A stretch of DNA of 64,000 bases from Deltaproteobacteria bacterium (lineage in GTDB: Bacteria > Myxococcota_A > UBA796 > SXON01), in assembly GCA_947490345.1 (NCBI GenBank), contig CANLGL010000002.1, positions 64,598 to 128,597 of the forward strand. Direction: 5' to 3'. This document shows, piece after piece, positions 53,759 to 63,392 of this stretch (within the stretch, counting starts at the first letter, position 1; the number at the start of each line of letters is the position of its first letter). The translations under genes and the position numbers were made by a program. Below the pieces are notes generated by a model, which did no database searches, had not been told where the DNA came from, and saw nothing but the letters and a program-made list of their open reading frames with translations.

Positions 53759-56700
53759 TTACCAGGTGCCGCCAGGGCCGCCGTAGGCGCCCAGGTCGTT
53801 CGTCGTGGTGTCGACGTCGTTGTACGCCGGGTCCGGGTCGCCAGCGTCGATCGACGCGGCGCCAGAAACGAGCATCGCGTCGTCACCGACGAGGTCACCG
53901 TTGCACGTGATTCCGCCGAACTGGCTGCCGATGCTGGTGGCGGTGCCGGTGCTGGACCAGGTGCCGCCGGTGCTGCCACCGGAGCCGAGGTTGTACAGGT
54001 CGCCGTACCCGCTGGTCCCGGTGCCGCCGTTCTGGAACAGCGGCGAGGTCGTGTTGCCCTCGGCCACGATGTTCCAGATCACGCCGGTGGTGCCGCTGCC
54101 GACGTACCCCTGCGAGCCGTTGGCGGTGCTGGTACCCGAGGTGTTGTAGGCGAACAGCACGTTCACGAAGCTCGCGGAGCCACTGGAGGAGGTGAAGAAG
54201 CCGCCGCCGTCGACGGTGGCGTTGTTGCACGCGAGCACCGAGTTGGTGACGGTGAGCGTGGCATCTTCGGAGGCGACACCGGCGCCGTCAGACGCCGAGT
54301 TGTCGTCCCACCACCCGTGGGTGACGTCCACCACCGAGCTCTGGCTCGCGAACAGACCGCCGCCGACGTCGGCAAAGTTGTCCGAGAAGACCACGTCATC
54401 CAGGGTGACGGTGGCATTGACGGTGCAGATCGCGCCGCCCGCGGACGCCATCCAGATCTGCGTCCAGTCGCCGGTGGAGACCTGGTCCAGTTCAGGGAGG
54501 TCGTTGTTGTCGAACACCATGTCGGAGAACTGGGGGTCGTCACCGCTGACGAACACCGCGCCGCCGCAGTAGTCGTAGTTGGTGACGCTGCAGAGCTCGT
54601 CGCCCGCATGGGACGAACTGGAGTCGGCACACGTCTCGGTCGTGGAGCTGGTCGCCATGGCGCCGGTGCCGCCGGTGACGGTGAAGCCGTGGATGACCGG
54701 AGCCGCACCGCCCCCGGAAGCGATGCTGAACACCGACTCGCAGGTGGTCGGGTTGCTGTAGTCGCAGGTGGTGAGGCTCGCGTCGATCGTGGTGGTCTCC
54801 GCGCCCTCTACGCCCCAGATGTCGATGTTCTTGCCGTCGGTGCTGATGGAGGACTCGTTGTAGGTACCGGCGAGGACGATCACGCACTCATCCGCGAGGT
54901 CGATACCGCCCTGGACATTGTCCACGGGGTCCGCGTTGTTGCCCGTGCCGCCCGCGGTACCCGCGGTCGAGACCACGATCGGCTCCGTGGTGTCGCCATC
55001 GTTGCAGTCGTAGTAGTTCTCGACGTACCCGGCGGGGAGGTCGCAAGCCAGGATGGTCATGCTCTCGTCGCCGTAGGAGTCGCCGTCCGCGTCGGCATAG
55101 TAGGTGTTGCCGTCGGAGACGCCGCCGTCCTCGTCGATGAGGCCGTCACAGTCGTTGTCGATGAGATCGCAGATCTCGTCGCGGCCAGGGTAGGCCATCG
55201 CGGTGGTGTCGTTGCAGTCGGTGAAGTCGGCCACGTAGCCGGCGGGGACTTCACAGCTGTTGGTGGGCACGCCAGGGTCGCCGTAGGTGTCCCCGTCGGT
55301 GTCCACGTACCAGGTGGGCGCGTCGACTGCGTAGGTGTCGTCGATGATGCTGTTGCAGTCGTCGTCGATGAAGTTGCAGTACTCGTCGGCGCCAGGGTTG
55401 GTGTCGGAGCGGCCGTCGTCGCAATCGGTGTTGTCGGCGACGTACCCGGTGGGGACGTAGCATTCGATGTCGCTGACGGCGGGGTTGCCGTAGAGGTCGG
55501 TGTCGGCGTCCTGGTACCAGGTCAGCGCGTCCAAGGCGGTGTCCTCGTCGACGTTGCCATCGCAGTTGTCGTCGAAGCCGTTGCAGAACTCGTCGGCGCC
55601 CGGGTTGGACTCAAAGCGGGTGTCATCGCAGTCGGTGTTGTCAGCGACGTAGCCGGTGGGCTGGTAGCACTCGACGTCGAGGACGGTGGGGTCGCCGTAG
55701 GTGTCGGAGTCGGCGTCGGCGTACCAGTTGAGGGCGTCGGCCGCGGTGTCCTCGTCGACGTTGCCGTCGCAGTTGTCGTCGAAGGTGTTGCAGTATTCGG
55801 TGGCGCCCGGGTTGGTCTCGAAGCGGCCGTCGTCGCAGTCGGTGTTGTCGGCGACGTAGCCGACAGGCTGGTAGCACTCGATGTCGACGACCGCGAGGGC
55901 GCCGTAATTGTCGGAGTCGGCGTCCGCGTACCAGGTCAGCGCGTCCGCGGCGGTGTCCTCGTCGACGAAGCCGTCGCAGTTATCGTCGAAGGTATTGCAG
56001 AACTCGGTGGCGCCCGGGTTGGTGTCGAAGCGGCCGTCGTCGCAATCGGTGTTGTCGGAGACGTAGCCCGGGGGCTGGTAGCACTCGACGTCCAGGACGG
56101 CGGGATCGCCGTACCCATCGACGTCGGTGTCGGCGTACCAGTTGAGCGCGTCGGCCGCCGTGTCCTCGTCGATCCTGCCGTCGCAGTTGTCGTCGATGGC
56201 GTTGCACAGCTCGGTGGCCGCGGGGTTGACGGCGGCGTTGTTGTCGTCGCAGTCGGTCATGTCGGCGGAGTACCCGGCGGGCACGTCGCACGCGAGGGTG
56301 GTCACCGTGGCGTTGCCATAGGTGTCGCTGTCGACGTCCTGGTAGTAGGTGTTCTGGACGTCCTCGTCGACGATGGTGTCACAGTCGTTGTCGAGCTCGT
56401 CGCAGACTTCGGTCGCGGCTGGGTTGGCCTTGTTGGTGGTGTCGTCGCAGTCGGTGTTGTCGAGGACCCAGTCAACCTCGGGGGCGCAGAGGAGCGTGCC
56501 GGGGTTTTTCTCGTCGCCGTAGCCGTCTTGGTCGGCGTCGGGGTAGTACAGCGTGCCCACGCCTTCATCGACCTGCCCGTCGCAGTTGTTGTCGATCTCG
56601 TCGCAGACTTCGGGGGCGACCGGGTTGATGTCGGCGTCGGTGTCGACGCAATCGCCCGAGACCGCGGAGTAGCCGTCGGGCGCTTCGCAGGCGAGCTCGG

Positions 56701-57001
56701 CGGTGGCGGTATCGCCGTAGCCATCGCCGTCGGCGTCGACGTAGTAGGTCTCCATCAGGCCTTCGTCGATCAGGTCGTCGCAGTTGTTGTCGACGTTGTC
56801 GCAGATCTCTTCCGCGCCGGGGTTGATGGCTGCGTCGTTGTCGTTGCAGTCGTCGTCCGAGATCTTGTACCCGTCTCCGTCCTCGTCGCCGCCGACCTCG
56901 TCGCTGTCGAGGCTGTTGATCGCACTCGTGTCTTTTCCACCGTCTTCCCCGTCACATGCAAGGAGCAGGAGAAGGGGCAGTGCGAACGTATAGCGGATCA
57001 T
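53759..57001 (-). CDS. lipoprotein: about 9 MopE-type Cys-rich modules plus beta-helix domain (paralog of 51018..53648)
   Basis: 1080 aa with the lipobox MIRYTFALPLLLLLAC. It has the same architecture as its neighbour and ends LGAYGGPGGTW. The 939-aa + ORF opposite is an antisense artefact. Confidence 0.88.
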   Translation of the reverse strand: MIRYTFALPLLLLLACDGEDGGKDTSAINSLDSDEVGGDEDGDGYKISDDDCNDNDAAINPGAEEICDNVDNNCDDLIDEGLMETYYVDADGDGYGDTATAELACEAPDGYSAVSGDCVDTDADINPVAPEVCDEIDNNCDGQVDEGVGTLYYPDADQDGYGDEKNPGTLLCAPEVDWVLDNTDCDDTTNKANPAATEVCDELDNDCDTIVDEDVQNTYYQDVDSDTYGNATVTTLACDVPAGYSADMTDCDDNNAAVNPAATELCNAIDDNCDGRIDEDTAADALNWYADTDVDGYGDPAVLDVECYQPPGYVSDNTDCDDGRFDTNPGATEFCNTFDDNCDGFVDEDTAADALTWYADADSDNYGALAVVDIECYQPVGYVADNTDCDDGRFETNPGATEYCNTFDDNCDGNVDEDTAADALNWYADADSDTYGDPTVLDVECYQPTGYVADNTDCDDTRFESNPGADEFCNGFDDNCDGNVDEDTALDALTWYQDADTDLYGNPAVSDIECYVPTGYVADNTDCDDGRSDTNPGADEYCNFIDDDCNSIIDDTYAVDAPTWYVDTDGDTYGDPGVPTNSCEVPAGYVADFTDCNDTTAMAYPGRDEICDLIDNDCDGLIDEDGGVSDGNTYYADADGDSYGDESMTILACDLPAGYVENYYDCNDGDTTEPIVVSTAGTAGGTGNNADPVDNVQGGIDLADECVIVLAGTYNESSISTDGKNIDIWGVEGAETTTIDASLTTCDYSNPTTCESVFSIASGGGAAPVIHGFTVTGGTGAMATSSTTETCADSSSSHAGDELCSVTNYDYCGGAVFVSGDDPQFSDMVFDNNDLPELDQVSTGDWTQIWMASAGGAICTVNATVTLDDVVFSDNFADVGGGLFASQSSVVDVTHGWWDDNSASDGAGVASEDATLTVTNSVLACNNATVDGGGFFTSSSGSASFVNVLFAYNTSGTSTANGSQGYVGSGTTGVIWNIVAEGNTTSPLFQNGGTGTSGYGDLYNLGSGGSTGGTWSSTGTATSIGSQFGGITCNGDLVGDDAMLVSGAASIDAGDPDPAYNDVDTTTNDLGAYGGPGGTW

Positions 57002-57097
57002 GGGTGCCTCGAAGATTGGCTTGGGAGGTGCGTGTCTGAGCGATCGGCGCGGGGAGGAGCGTCAACGGGCCAAGGGCCCTCCAGCGGGTCGTGGCGA

Positions 57098-57126
57098 ACT
57101 GTAGCCGGGTACACGTTCAGTGTAAA
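57098..57126 (-). promoter_or_regulatory. candidate sigma70-type promoter for the lipoprotein gene pair
   Basis: On the minus strand: TTTACA (57126-57121), a 17-nt spacer, then TACAGT (57103-57098). This is about 95 nt upstream of ATG 57001 and is AT-rich relative to its surroundings. Confidence 0.3.
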
Positions 57127-57153
57127 GGACTTGTAGCGGTTTGTCGCGGTCGG

Positions 57154-58044
57154 TCACTCCGCGACGAGACCGAACCTCAACCCCCGGTCCGAGACCCGCC
57201 AGGCCTGCCGTCGGGTAAGCTCGAGGGCTCGGAGCAGGATACATGCTCCTGCGAGCAGCGTATCCGCACGTTCAGGGCTCACGGGTACCAGGGCCCGCCG
57301 CTCGTCGGGGCTGGCCACGAGCAGGCGGTCGATCCACGTCCTGAGCTGCGCGGACGACAACGCACTGTTGTGGACCGCGTCGGCGGCGTAGGTCTGCAGT
57401 CCGGCGCCGGTCGCGCTCAGCGTGGTCGCGGTTCCGGCCACGGCGACGGCGGTGCGGGGCGGCACGGGCAGGTGGATGCTGGCGAAGGCGTCGTCAATCT
57501 CCCGGCGCGCGCGCGCGAGGCTGGCGGGCTCCACCTGCCCGTAGCCGAGGAAGGCGTCGGTCAGTCGCACGGTGCCAAGCTCGAGCGACTCCCGGTAGTG
57601 GATGTGGCCCGCCTCGCCCAGGATGACCTCGGTGGAGCCGCCGCCAGGGTCCAAGAGCAGCACCGGACCGGGGGCCACCTCGATGCCGGACACGCCTCCC
57701 AGCCAGGTCAGACGAGCCTCCTCGTCCCCGGAGATGACATCTACCCGGAGTCCGGTGGCCCTGGCCACCGCGGCGAAGAAGGTGGTCGCGTTGAGCGCCC
57801 GGCGCGATGCGGAGGTGGCCACGGCGCGCACTGCAGCGGGCGCTACCCCGAGCTCTTTCGCGCGGTTGGCGTAGTCCCGCAAGACGCTGATGGCGCCCTC
57901 CATCCGCTCAGGCCGAAACACCCCCACCTCGCCGAGCCCCCGACCGAGGCCCACCACGCGGGCCTCGTCGTGAACCACCCGGCCGTCATCCACGACGACC
58001 AGCAGGATCGAGTTGCTCCCGATGTCGATCGCCGCTCTCACCAC
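57154..58044 (-). CDS. Ppx/GppA family phosphatase (short, N-terminal domains only)
   Basis: 296 aa. Contains AAIDIGSNSILLVV, ATSASRRALN and LLLDPGGGSTEV. The start overlaps the tolB stop by 7 nt. Confidence 0.85.
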   Translation of the reverse strand: MVRAAIDIGSNSILLVVVDDGRVVHDEARVVGLGRGLGEVGVFRPERMEGAISVLRDYANRAKELGVAPAAVRAVATSASRRALNATTFFAAVARATGLRVDVISGDEEARLTWLGGVSGIEVAPGPVLLLDPGGGSTEVILGEAGHIHYRESLELGTVRLTDAFLGYGQVEPASLARARREIDDAFASIHLPVPPRTAVAVAGTATTLSATGAGLQTYAADAVHNSALSSAQLRTWIDRLLVASPDERRALVPVSPERADTLLAGACILLRALELTRRQAWRVSDRGLRFGLVAE

Positions 58045-59360
58045 GACAAGTGGCCTGACCAGTGGGGGTTGGTGTAGCCGCCGGCTCCTTGCGAGAGTTG
58101 GACCTGGTGCTTCCCCTCGGCGCTGGCCAGCCAGATCTGCGACGCGCCCGTTCGCGTCGAGGAGAAGACGAGGTACTCGCCGTCTGGCGACCAGCTGGGG
58201 TCCTCGTTGTCACCGCCTCCTTGCGTGATGCGCTGCATGCCGCTGCCATCGACGTTGACGGTGAAGACGTCGAAGTTGCCGTCGCGCCCCACGAAGGCGA
58301 TCTTGTCGCCTTTGGGTGACCACGCCGGGGAGGTGCTCTGACTTCCGGAGAAGCTGACGCGCTTGGCGTCGCCCCCTTCGGCGCTCATGGCGTAGATCTG
58401 TGCGCCGCCACCGCGCTCAGAGACGAAGGCGATCCGTGAACCGTCGGGCGACCAGGTCGGGGAAACGTCGATGCCTGGGCTCTTGGTCAGCTGCGCAATC
58501 TGGGTGCCGGCCAGCGGGTCGATGGTGAAGATGTCGCTGTCGCTACCCGGCGACAGGGTCAGGGCGATTCGATCGCCGGATGGGGCCCAACTGCAGCCGG
58601 TGTTGATGCCCGTGCGCGCCGAGATTCGCCGGATGGCCGATTTCGCGAGATCGGCGACGTAGAGGTCGGGGTTGCCGTTGAAGTAGCTGGTGAAGCAGAG
58701 CGCCGTCCCGGCGTGGTTCCAGCGGGGCGCAAGATTTATGGCCTTGTTCTTGGTGATCTGCCGGCGGCCCCCACCGTCGACGTCCATGACGAAGACCTCC
58801 TTGTTGCCGGAGACCTTTTGTACGAAGGCAACGCGGGTGTCGAAGAAGGAGCGCTGGTTGGTCACCAGCAGGATGATCGCGTCCGCGGTCCGGTGCGCCA
58901 ACATCCTTGCCGAGGTCTTCGGGCCAGAAAAGGCTTTGGCCCCGAGCTTGGTTCCGCCGGCGACCTCGTATACCCAGACCTCGGCGCGGGTCCCGTCGGC
59001 TGTCGTGGTCAGCTCGGTCTTGGCGAGCGCGGCAGCACCCGGGGTGCGCCAGGCCGCGAAGTCGAAGTCACCAAGCCGGATGCCGGTTCCGGTAGGCTCG
59101 ACGTACGCGGCCGGGTCGATGATCCGGAACCATCCGCTGAGCTCGAGGTCCCGCCGGAGCGTGGCGTAGAACTCGTCGGTGGCGGTGCCGCCCCGCGGTG
59201 TCGGGAGCGCCAGGGGGATGTCCTGATGGCCGGCCCCCTTGGTGGTGAGCGACACGTTGGCCAGCCCCTCACCCGCGCTTGACGTGCCCCGGCCAAGCCC
59301 GAAAAACAGCGCGATGGCCGCCACAGCTGCGATGGCAACCCGCCGTAGGTTCAGTTGCAC
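58038..59360 (-). CDS. tolB: Tol-Pal system beta-propeller protein TolB
   Basis: 440 aa with a signal peptide and an N-terminal TolB domain. Repeated propeller blades are present (SPAWSPKGDKIAFV, DPSWSPDGEYLVFSS, SPTWSPDGSRIAFVS). Confidence 0.93.
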   Translation of the reverse strand: MQLNLRRVAIAAVAAIALFFGLGRGTSSAGEGLANVSLTTKGAGHQDIPLALPTPRGGTATDEFYATLRRDLELSGWFRIIDPAAYVEPTGTGIRLGDFDFAAWRTPGAAALAKTELTTTADGTRAEVWVYEVAGGTKLGAKAFSGPKTSARMLAHRTADAIILLVTNQRSFFDTRVAFVQKVSGNKEVFVMDVDGGGRRQITKNKAINLAPRWNHAGTALCFTSYFNGNPDLYVADLAKSAIRRISARTGINTGCSWAPSGDRIALTLSPGSDSDIFTIDPLAGTQIAQLTKSPGIDVSPTWSPDGSRIAFVSERGGGAQIYAMSAEGGDAKRVSFSGSQSTSPAWSPKGDKIAFVGRDGNFDVFTVNVDGSGMQRITQGGGDNEDPSWSPDGEYLVFSSTRTGASQIWLASAEGKHQVQLSQGAGGYTNPHWSGHLSW

Positions 59361-60079
59361 TCACACCTCAGGTTGGCCCGGAGGCCGGCTGCGTACTTTG
59401 GGGGGAGGGGCGGGAGCTGACCGGTCGTCGCGAACGCGAGCACACAGGAGGCATCGTAGGACTGGGACTTGCTGGTCTCGACGATGGCCGCCTCTTCGGT
59501 AATGCGCCCCGAGGCGTCGACCGCGGCGGCGCCGACCGCGAGAATAGCGGGATTCGCTGAGCACCACGCCGGCAGCGGATGGAAGTTCTTGGCGAGCGCG
59601 CTCTGGGCTGCCTTGACCCACTTCGCGAGCTCAGGGTCGCGGACCCCCGCCTGCGCGCTGTACCCGTCACCCGCGTTGGCGTCGGCGCTGGTGGCGATGC
59701 GGTCGGTTCGGCCCTCGGGCGCGTCGAGGTCGCGGAGCAGGTCTTCCCGGCGCATTTCGTCCAAAAGCGCCTGGCGGGCGTCCGCGCGCTCATCGCCAGC
59801 CTGCGCCTGGGCGTCGGGAAGCGCCATGTCGCTCGGATTCGGCGGCGTCGGCTCTGGGCTCGCGGTGCCGCGCTGCACGTCGGGGGCGCGCTCTGCCTTC
59901 TGGGGCATGCGCGAGGGCTCGCTCGGCGGGCCGGACATCTCTACGATGATGGCGTCTTCGGGTCGGAAGAGGGGGGTCGTCGCGCTGCCGCACTGGGCGA
60001 AGATGACGACGGTGAAGACCACGAGATGCGCGACGCCCATCACCGGCCACTCCCAGCTCGGCAGCGGGTGACGGGACAT
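59351..60079 (-). CDS. TolA-like protein (by position and architecture)
   Basis: 242 aa. It has an N-terminal TM helix (VMGVAHLVVFTVVIFAQ), a Pro/Ala/Asp-rich linker and a small C-terminal domain. It lies between tolR and tolB. Confidence 0.7.
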   Translation of the reverse strand: MSRHPLPSWEWPVMGVAHLVVFTVVIFAQCGSATTPLFRPEDAIIVEMSGPPSEPSRMPQKAERAPDVQRGTASPEPTPPNPSDMALPDAQAQAGDERADARQALLDEMRREDLLRDLDAPEGRTDRIATSADANAGDGYSAQAGVRDPELAKWVKAAQSALAKNFHPLPAWCSANPAILAVGAAAVDASGRITEEAAIVETSKSQSYDASCVLAFATTGQLPPLPPKYAAGLRANLRCECN

Positions 60080-60511
60080 CTACTTGGCCTTTCCCGGCTG
60101 GGTGACCAGGCCGACCTTGGGGACGCCGGCCAGCTTCGCCAGTTCCAGGAGCGTCATGACCTCCTGATAGGGGAGGGAGCCATCCGCCTGCACGAAAACG
60201 GGCTGCCCGGGATGGATCTTCCCCTCTTCCACGAGGTTCGCCTCGAGCTGCTCCCGCGTCAGCGGCAGGGGCTGCCCGGTACCCCGCGCCAGCGTCAGGC
60301 TACCGTCCTTCTGGAGGCCGATGACCAACTCCTGGCCGGTGAGCGTGGCCGGCGGGGTGTTCGCGCTCGGCAGGTCGATGTCGACTCCGGTCGTCATCAA
60401 GGGGGCGGTGATCATGAAGATCACCAGCAGGACCAGCATCACGTCCACGAAGGGGGTGACATTGATCTCCGACATCATCGCGCCGTCGCGGGATGGCCCG
60501 GTCATGCTCAT
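60080..60511 (-). CDS. tolR: TolR (ExbD/TolR family)
   Basis: This is the last 143 aa of track ORF 60080..61372. [30 protein letters not shown]. The ATG shares one base with the tolQ stop (TGATG). Confidence 0.9.
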   Translation of the reverse strand: MSMTGPSRDGAMMSEINVTPFVDVMLVLLVIFMITAPLMTTGVDIDLPSANTPPATLTGQELVIGLQKDGSLTLARGTGQPLPLTREQLEANLVEEGKIHPGQPVFVQADGSLPYQEVMTLLELAKLAGVPKVGLVTQPGKAK

Positions 60512-61233
60512 CAACGACCCCGGTAGTGGCGTTTGACGATGTTGAGGAAGTCGGACGAGAACGCGTCCATTTCGCCGTGAATCGTCCGGATGCGGGTGTT
60601 GAAGTAGTTGTAAGCCATGACCGCGGGGATGGCGGCAAGCAGTCCAACGGCAGTCGCGACAAGTGCATGCGCGATGTCCGGTCCCACGACTTGGATGCTG
60701 GCGTTGCCGGTGGCGCCGATCTTCTGGAAGGCCCGCAGGATGCCCCAGACCGTCCCAAAGAGGCCGATGAACGGCGCCGTCGAGCCGGTTGTCGCCAAAA
60801 ACGGAATCAAGCGTTCGAGCTGGGCAAGTTCGGTGTTGGTGGTTCGACGCAGCGCGCGCTCGATGTTCTCGGTCAGGCCCAGGTCCATCGCGCCGGCGCC
60901 GGCGCCGCCGGTGAGGCGGCCGAGCTCGACGTAGCCGGCCTTGAACACCTCCGCGACCGGAGAATTCGGAAAGCGACTGGTTCGCTGGTACACGTCGTCG
61001 AGCTGCTGGGCCTTCCAGAAGCCGTCGAGAAACTGAGTGGACTGGGCGTGCGCGCGGCGCACCGTGTTCCACTTGTTCAAGATGATGCCCCAGCACACGA
61101 TCGACATGCCGATCAGGGCCAAAAGCACAAGTTGAACGACCAGGTCTGCCTCGAGAACCAGCGCCAGGATCGAGAAGCCTTGCTCGGGGGCTGCGGTCAC
61201 CGTGGTGACGAGGATGGCGTTCTGCAGGTCCAT
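60511..61233 (-). CDS. tolQ: TolQ (MotA/TolQ/ExbB family)
   Basis: 240 aa. Contains [19 protein letters not shown] and [14 protein letters not shown]. Confidence 0.93.
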   Translation of the reverse strand: MDLQNAILVTTVTAAPEQGFSILALVLEADLVVQLVLLALIGMSIVCWGIILNKWNTVRRAHAQSTQFLDGFWKAQQLDDVYQRTSRFPNSPVAEVFKAGYVELGRLTGGAGAGAMDLGLTENIERALRRTTNTELAQLERLIPFLATTGSTAPFIGLFGTVWGILRAFQKIGATGNASIQVVGPDIAHALVATAVGLLAAIPAVMAYNYFNTRIRTIHGEMDAFSSDFLNIVKRHYRGR

Positions 61234-61242
61234 GGGCGGCGC

Positions 61243-62244
61243 CTATCTCGTTCGCATGTACCCTTCGACGGCCTCGGCGCTTCCCGGGGCCAGCTCGGTC
61301 GCACGCTTGAACGCCTCGGCCGCCAGACCGCGCTGGCCAAAGCTCTCGTAGGCCCGTCCCAGCATCAACCACGCGCCAGGGTGCGTGGGAAGGAGCCTCG
61401 TGGCGTTGCGCAGGGCGCGGATGGTCAGATCAGTACGCGCCTGGTCGCCAGCGAGCTGCGCGATCGACATCCATGCGTAGCCGTTGCACTTGTCCAAGGT
61501 GAGCGCGGCCTTGTAGTCGCGGAGGGCCTCGGCCGAGTTCCCCGTGATGCGCAGATCGTCGCCGCTGCCGACGCGCTTTCGGCTCTCGCTGCGGATTGGC
61601 TCCCTTGCCGGGGAGCAGGCATCGGGCGGGTCCGCCGGAAGCTCGAGCACAGGGGGGGGCGCCGGCGCGCTCGGAGCCGCCGGCGCCTTGGGCGGAGCGG
61701 GCCAGGGCGCGCTTGGCGGGGGTGTGGTATCTGGCGGTGGCGCGCTTCCGGGCGTCGGAGCGGGCTGACTCTCCGGCTCGGCGACCAACGGCCGGCCGTC
61801 GATGACCACCACGATGGCGCCGGCGCCCGGCGCGCGCCCGGGGCCTACGGCGAGCGCCTTCTGGTCCACGGCGAGGGTGTCCTCACAGCCCACAAGGCCT
61901 ATGTCGCCGCTGGCCGTGGCTGGACCTACGCACACGTTGCGCGGGAGAGCGCACGCCTGCGCGAAGCAGTGGACTGCCAACGGATTCTTCCCGCTGCCCA
62001 CGACCTCACCGTACTCGGGTTCGTGATCGAGCTGGCGGACGATCGTCGGGTCGAACCTGCCGCTGCCGTCGCAGGCGACGACCCACGCACCCATCAACTC
62101 CCAGCGCGAGCCCAGCGGTTCCGTCGCCGATCGTTCCGTGCGCACCTCAAGCGTGGTGGGACAGCCGCCAATTCCGCCGGCGCGGCAGCAAGCGAGGCAG
62201 GTCGCGTCGTCGGCGAGCGCAAGCCGCGCCAGGAGCAGGAGCAC
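61243..62244 (-). CDS. secreted protein with Cys-rich N-domain, Pro-rich linker and C-terminal TPR repeats
   Basis: 333 aa with a signal-like N-terminus MLLLLARLALA. It has 12 Cys in the first roughly 130 aa and the linker PAPTPGSAPPPDTTPPPSAPWPAPPKAPAAPSAPAPPP. The TPR region reads AEALRDYKAALTLDK..AWLMLGRAYESFGQRGLAAEAFKRA. Confidence 0.72.
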   Translation of the reverse strand: MLLLLARLALADDATCLACCRAGGIGGCPTTLEVRTERSATEPLGSRWELMGAWVVACDGSGRFDPTIVRQLDHEPEYGEVVGSGKNPLAVHCFAQACALPRNVCVGPATASGDIGLVGCEDTLAVDQKALAVGPGRAPGAGAIVVVIDGRPLVAEPESQPAPTPGSAPPPDTTPPPSAPWPAPPKAPAAPSAPAPPPVLELPADPPDACSPAREPIRSESRKRVGSGDDLRITGNSAEALRDYKAALTLDKCNGYAWMSIAQLAGDQARTDLTIRALRNATRLLPTHPGAWLMLGRAYESFGQRGLAAEAFKRATELAPGSAEAVEGYMRTR

Positions 62245-62252
62245 GGTGCCTG

Positions 62253-63392
62253 CTAACCCGCGGCCAGGATCGACTCGTACAGATTGAAGATCGCCCAGGC
62301 GTGCGCTTCCATCGAGGGTCGGGCGACCGGCGGACAGCGTCCGCGCCCGCGGCGCACTTCGTTCGCGAGGGCGGCGGTAAGCGCCGCGACGTCGCCAGCC
62401 TCCACCAGTCGGGCTTCGGGCGCGACTTCGGACACGCCACCCACATCGCTCGCCAGCACCCGCAGCCCCGCGGCGAGGGCCTCGCCCACCACCAGCGGCG
62501 CGTTCTCCTCCCAGGTGCTGGGCAGCACGAGCACGTCATGTCCGACCAGCGTCTCCGCCACGGCGTCGCCTGCCAGATGGCCGAGCACGCGCACCCCAGG
62601 TGTCGCTCGCGCACGGCGCTTGAGCGCGTCGGCCCAGACCGTGCTGCCCCGCCAGGGCGGGCTCGGCCCCGCCAGCGTCAGCACCGCGGCCCCCGCCGGG
62701 AGCCGCGAAAATGCCTCCAAGAGCACCTGCGGCCCCTTGGTCGGCAACCAGGAACCCAAAAAGAGGAGTCTCAACACCCCTGAAGGCGCGACGGGTGCGG
62801 GAGAAACGTGTCGGAGAAGCGGCAGGCCCAGAAGGGTGGCGGGAACGCCGAGCCGGGTGGCGACATGGCGGCTTGGCGCGAGAAAGAGGCTGGTCTTTTC
62901 GCGAATCTCGCGCCATAGCTCAACGCGTTGGGCAATCGGACCTCTTCGCGGGGGTAGACGCGCTGCCAGCGCCGCGGGCACCGGCGCCCACAGGTCAGGC
63001 GCCAAGCAGGCCGCGCAGCGATCGGGCTTCGGTCCGGCACACCGCTCTCCGCCCAGGTTGATCAGCTGCCCGCGCGCGCACGCCAGCCAATAGTCGTGAA
63101 GGGTGATCACGACGGGGACGCCTTCCCGGGCTGCCACCACCGGGAGACTGAGCGACAGCCCGGAGAGATGGTGGATGTGCACGAGATCCACCCCGCCGAG
63201 CCGTGCCCGGAACGACGCCTCGGCCGCGGGATCGCGAAGCGTGCCGACGAACCCTCTGGCGCGCTTCCCGGTGACGTCCTCAGGACCGAAGCGATCGACC
63301 AGCGCTCGCGATGCCAACGCCCCAGCCAAGGCGTCGGCGTAGAGGGCGCTGCCGCCTTCCGTCCACCCGTGCGAGACCTGCAGAATCCGCAT
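62253..63392 (-). CDS. GT4 (GT-B) glycosyltransferase
   Basis: 379 aa. Starts MRILQVSHGWTEGGSALYA and contains VLVLPSTWEENAPLVVGEALAAGLRVLASDVGG. Confidence 0.85.
   Translation of the reverse strand: MRILQVSHGWTEGGSALYADALAGALASRALVDRFGPEDVTGKRARGFVGTLRDPAAEASFRARLGGVDLVHIHHLSGLSLSLPVVAAREGVPVVITLHDYWLACARGQLINLGGERCAGPKPDRCAACLAPDLWAPVPAALAARLPPRRGPIAQRVELWREIREKTSLFLAPSRHVATRLGVPATLLGLPLLRHVSPAPVAPSGVLRLLFLGSWLPTKGPQVLLEAFSRLPAGAAVLTLAGPSPPWRGSTVWADALKRRARATPGVRVLGHLAGDAVAETLVGHDVLVLPSTWEENAPLVVGEALAAGLRVLASDVGGVSEVAPEARLVEAGDVAALTAALANEVRRGRGRCPPVARPSMEAHAWAIFNLYESILAAG

Noticed and set aside
51873-57136. Plus-strand ORFs of 626 aa (51873..53753) and 939 aa (54317..57136), with striking VVVAV/GVGV repeats.
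   Set aside because: They are mirror images of the Asp/Cys-rich repeat lipoprotein genes on the minus strand. Their repeats simply reflect the real repeats.
60512-61372. The upstream 287 codons of track ORF 60080..61372.
   Set aside because: They overlap tolQ in another frame and have junk composition. Only the last 143 aa (tolR) are real.
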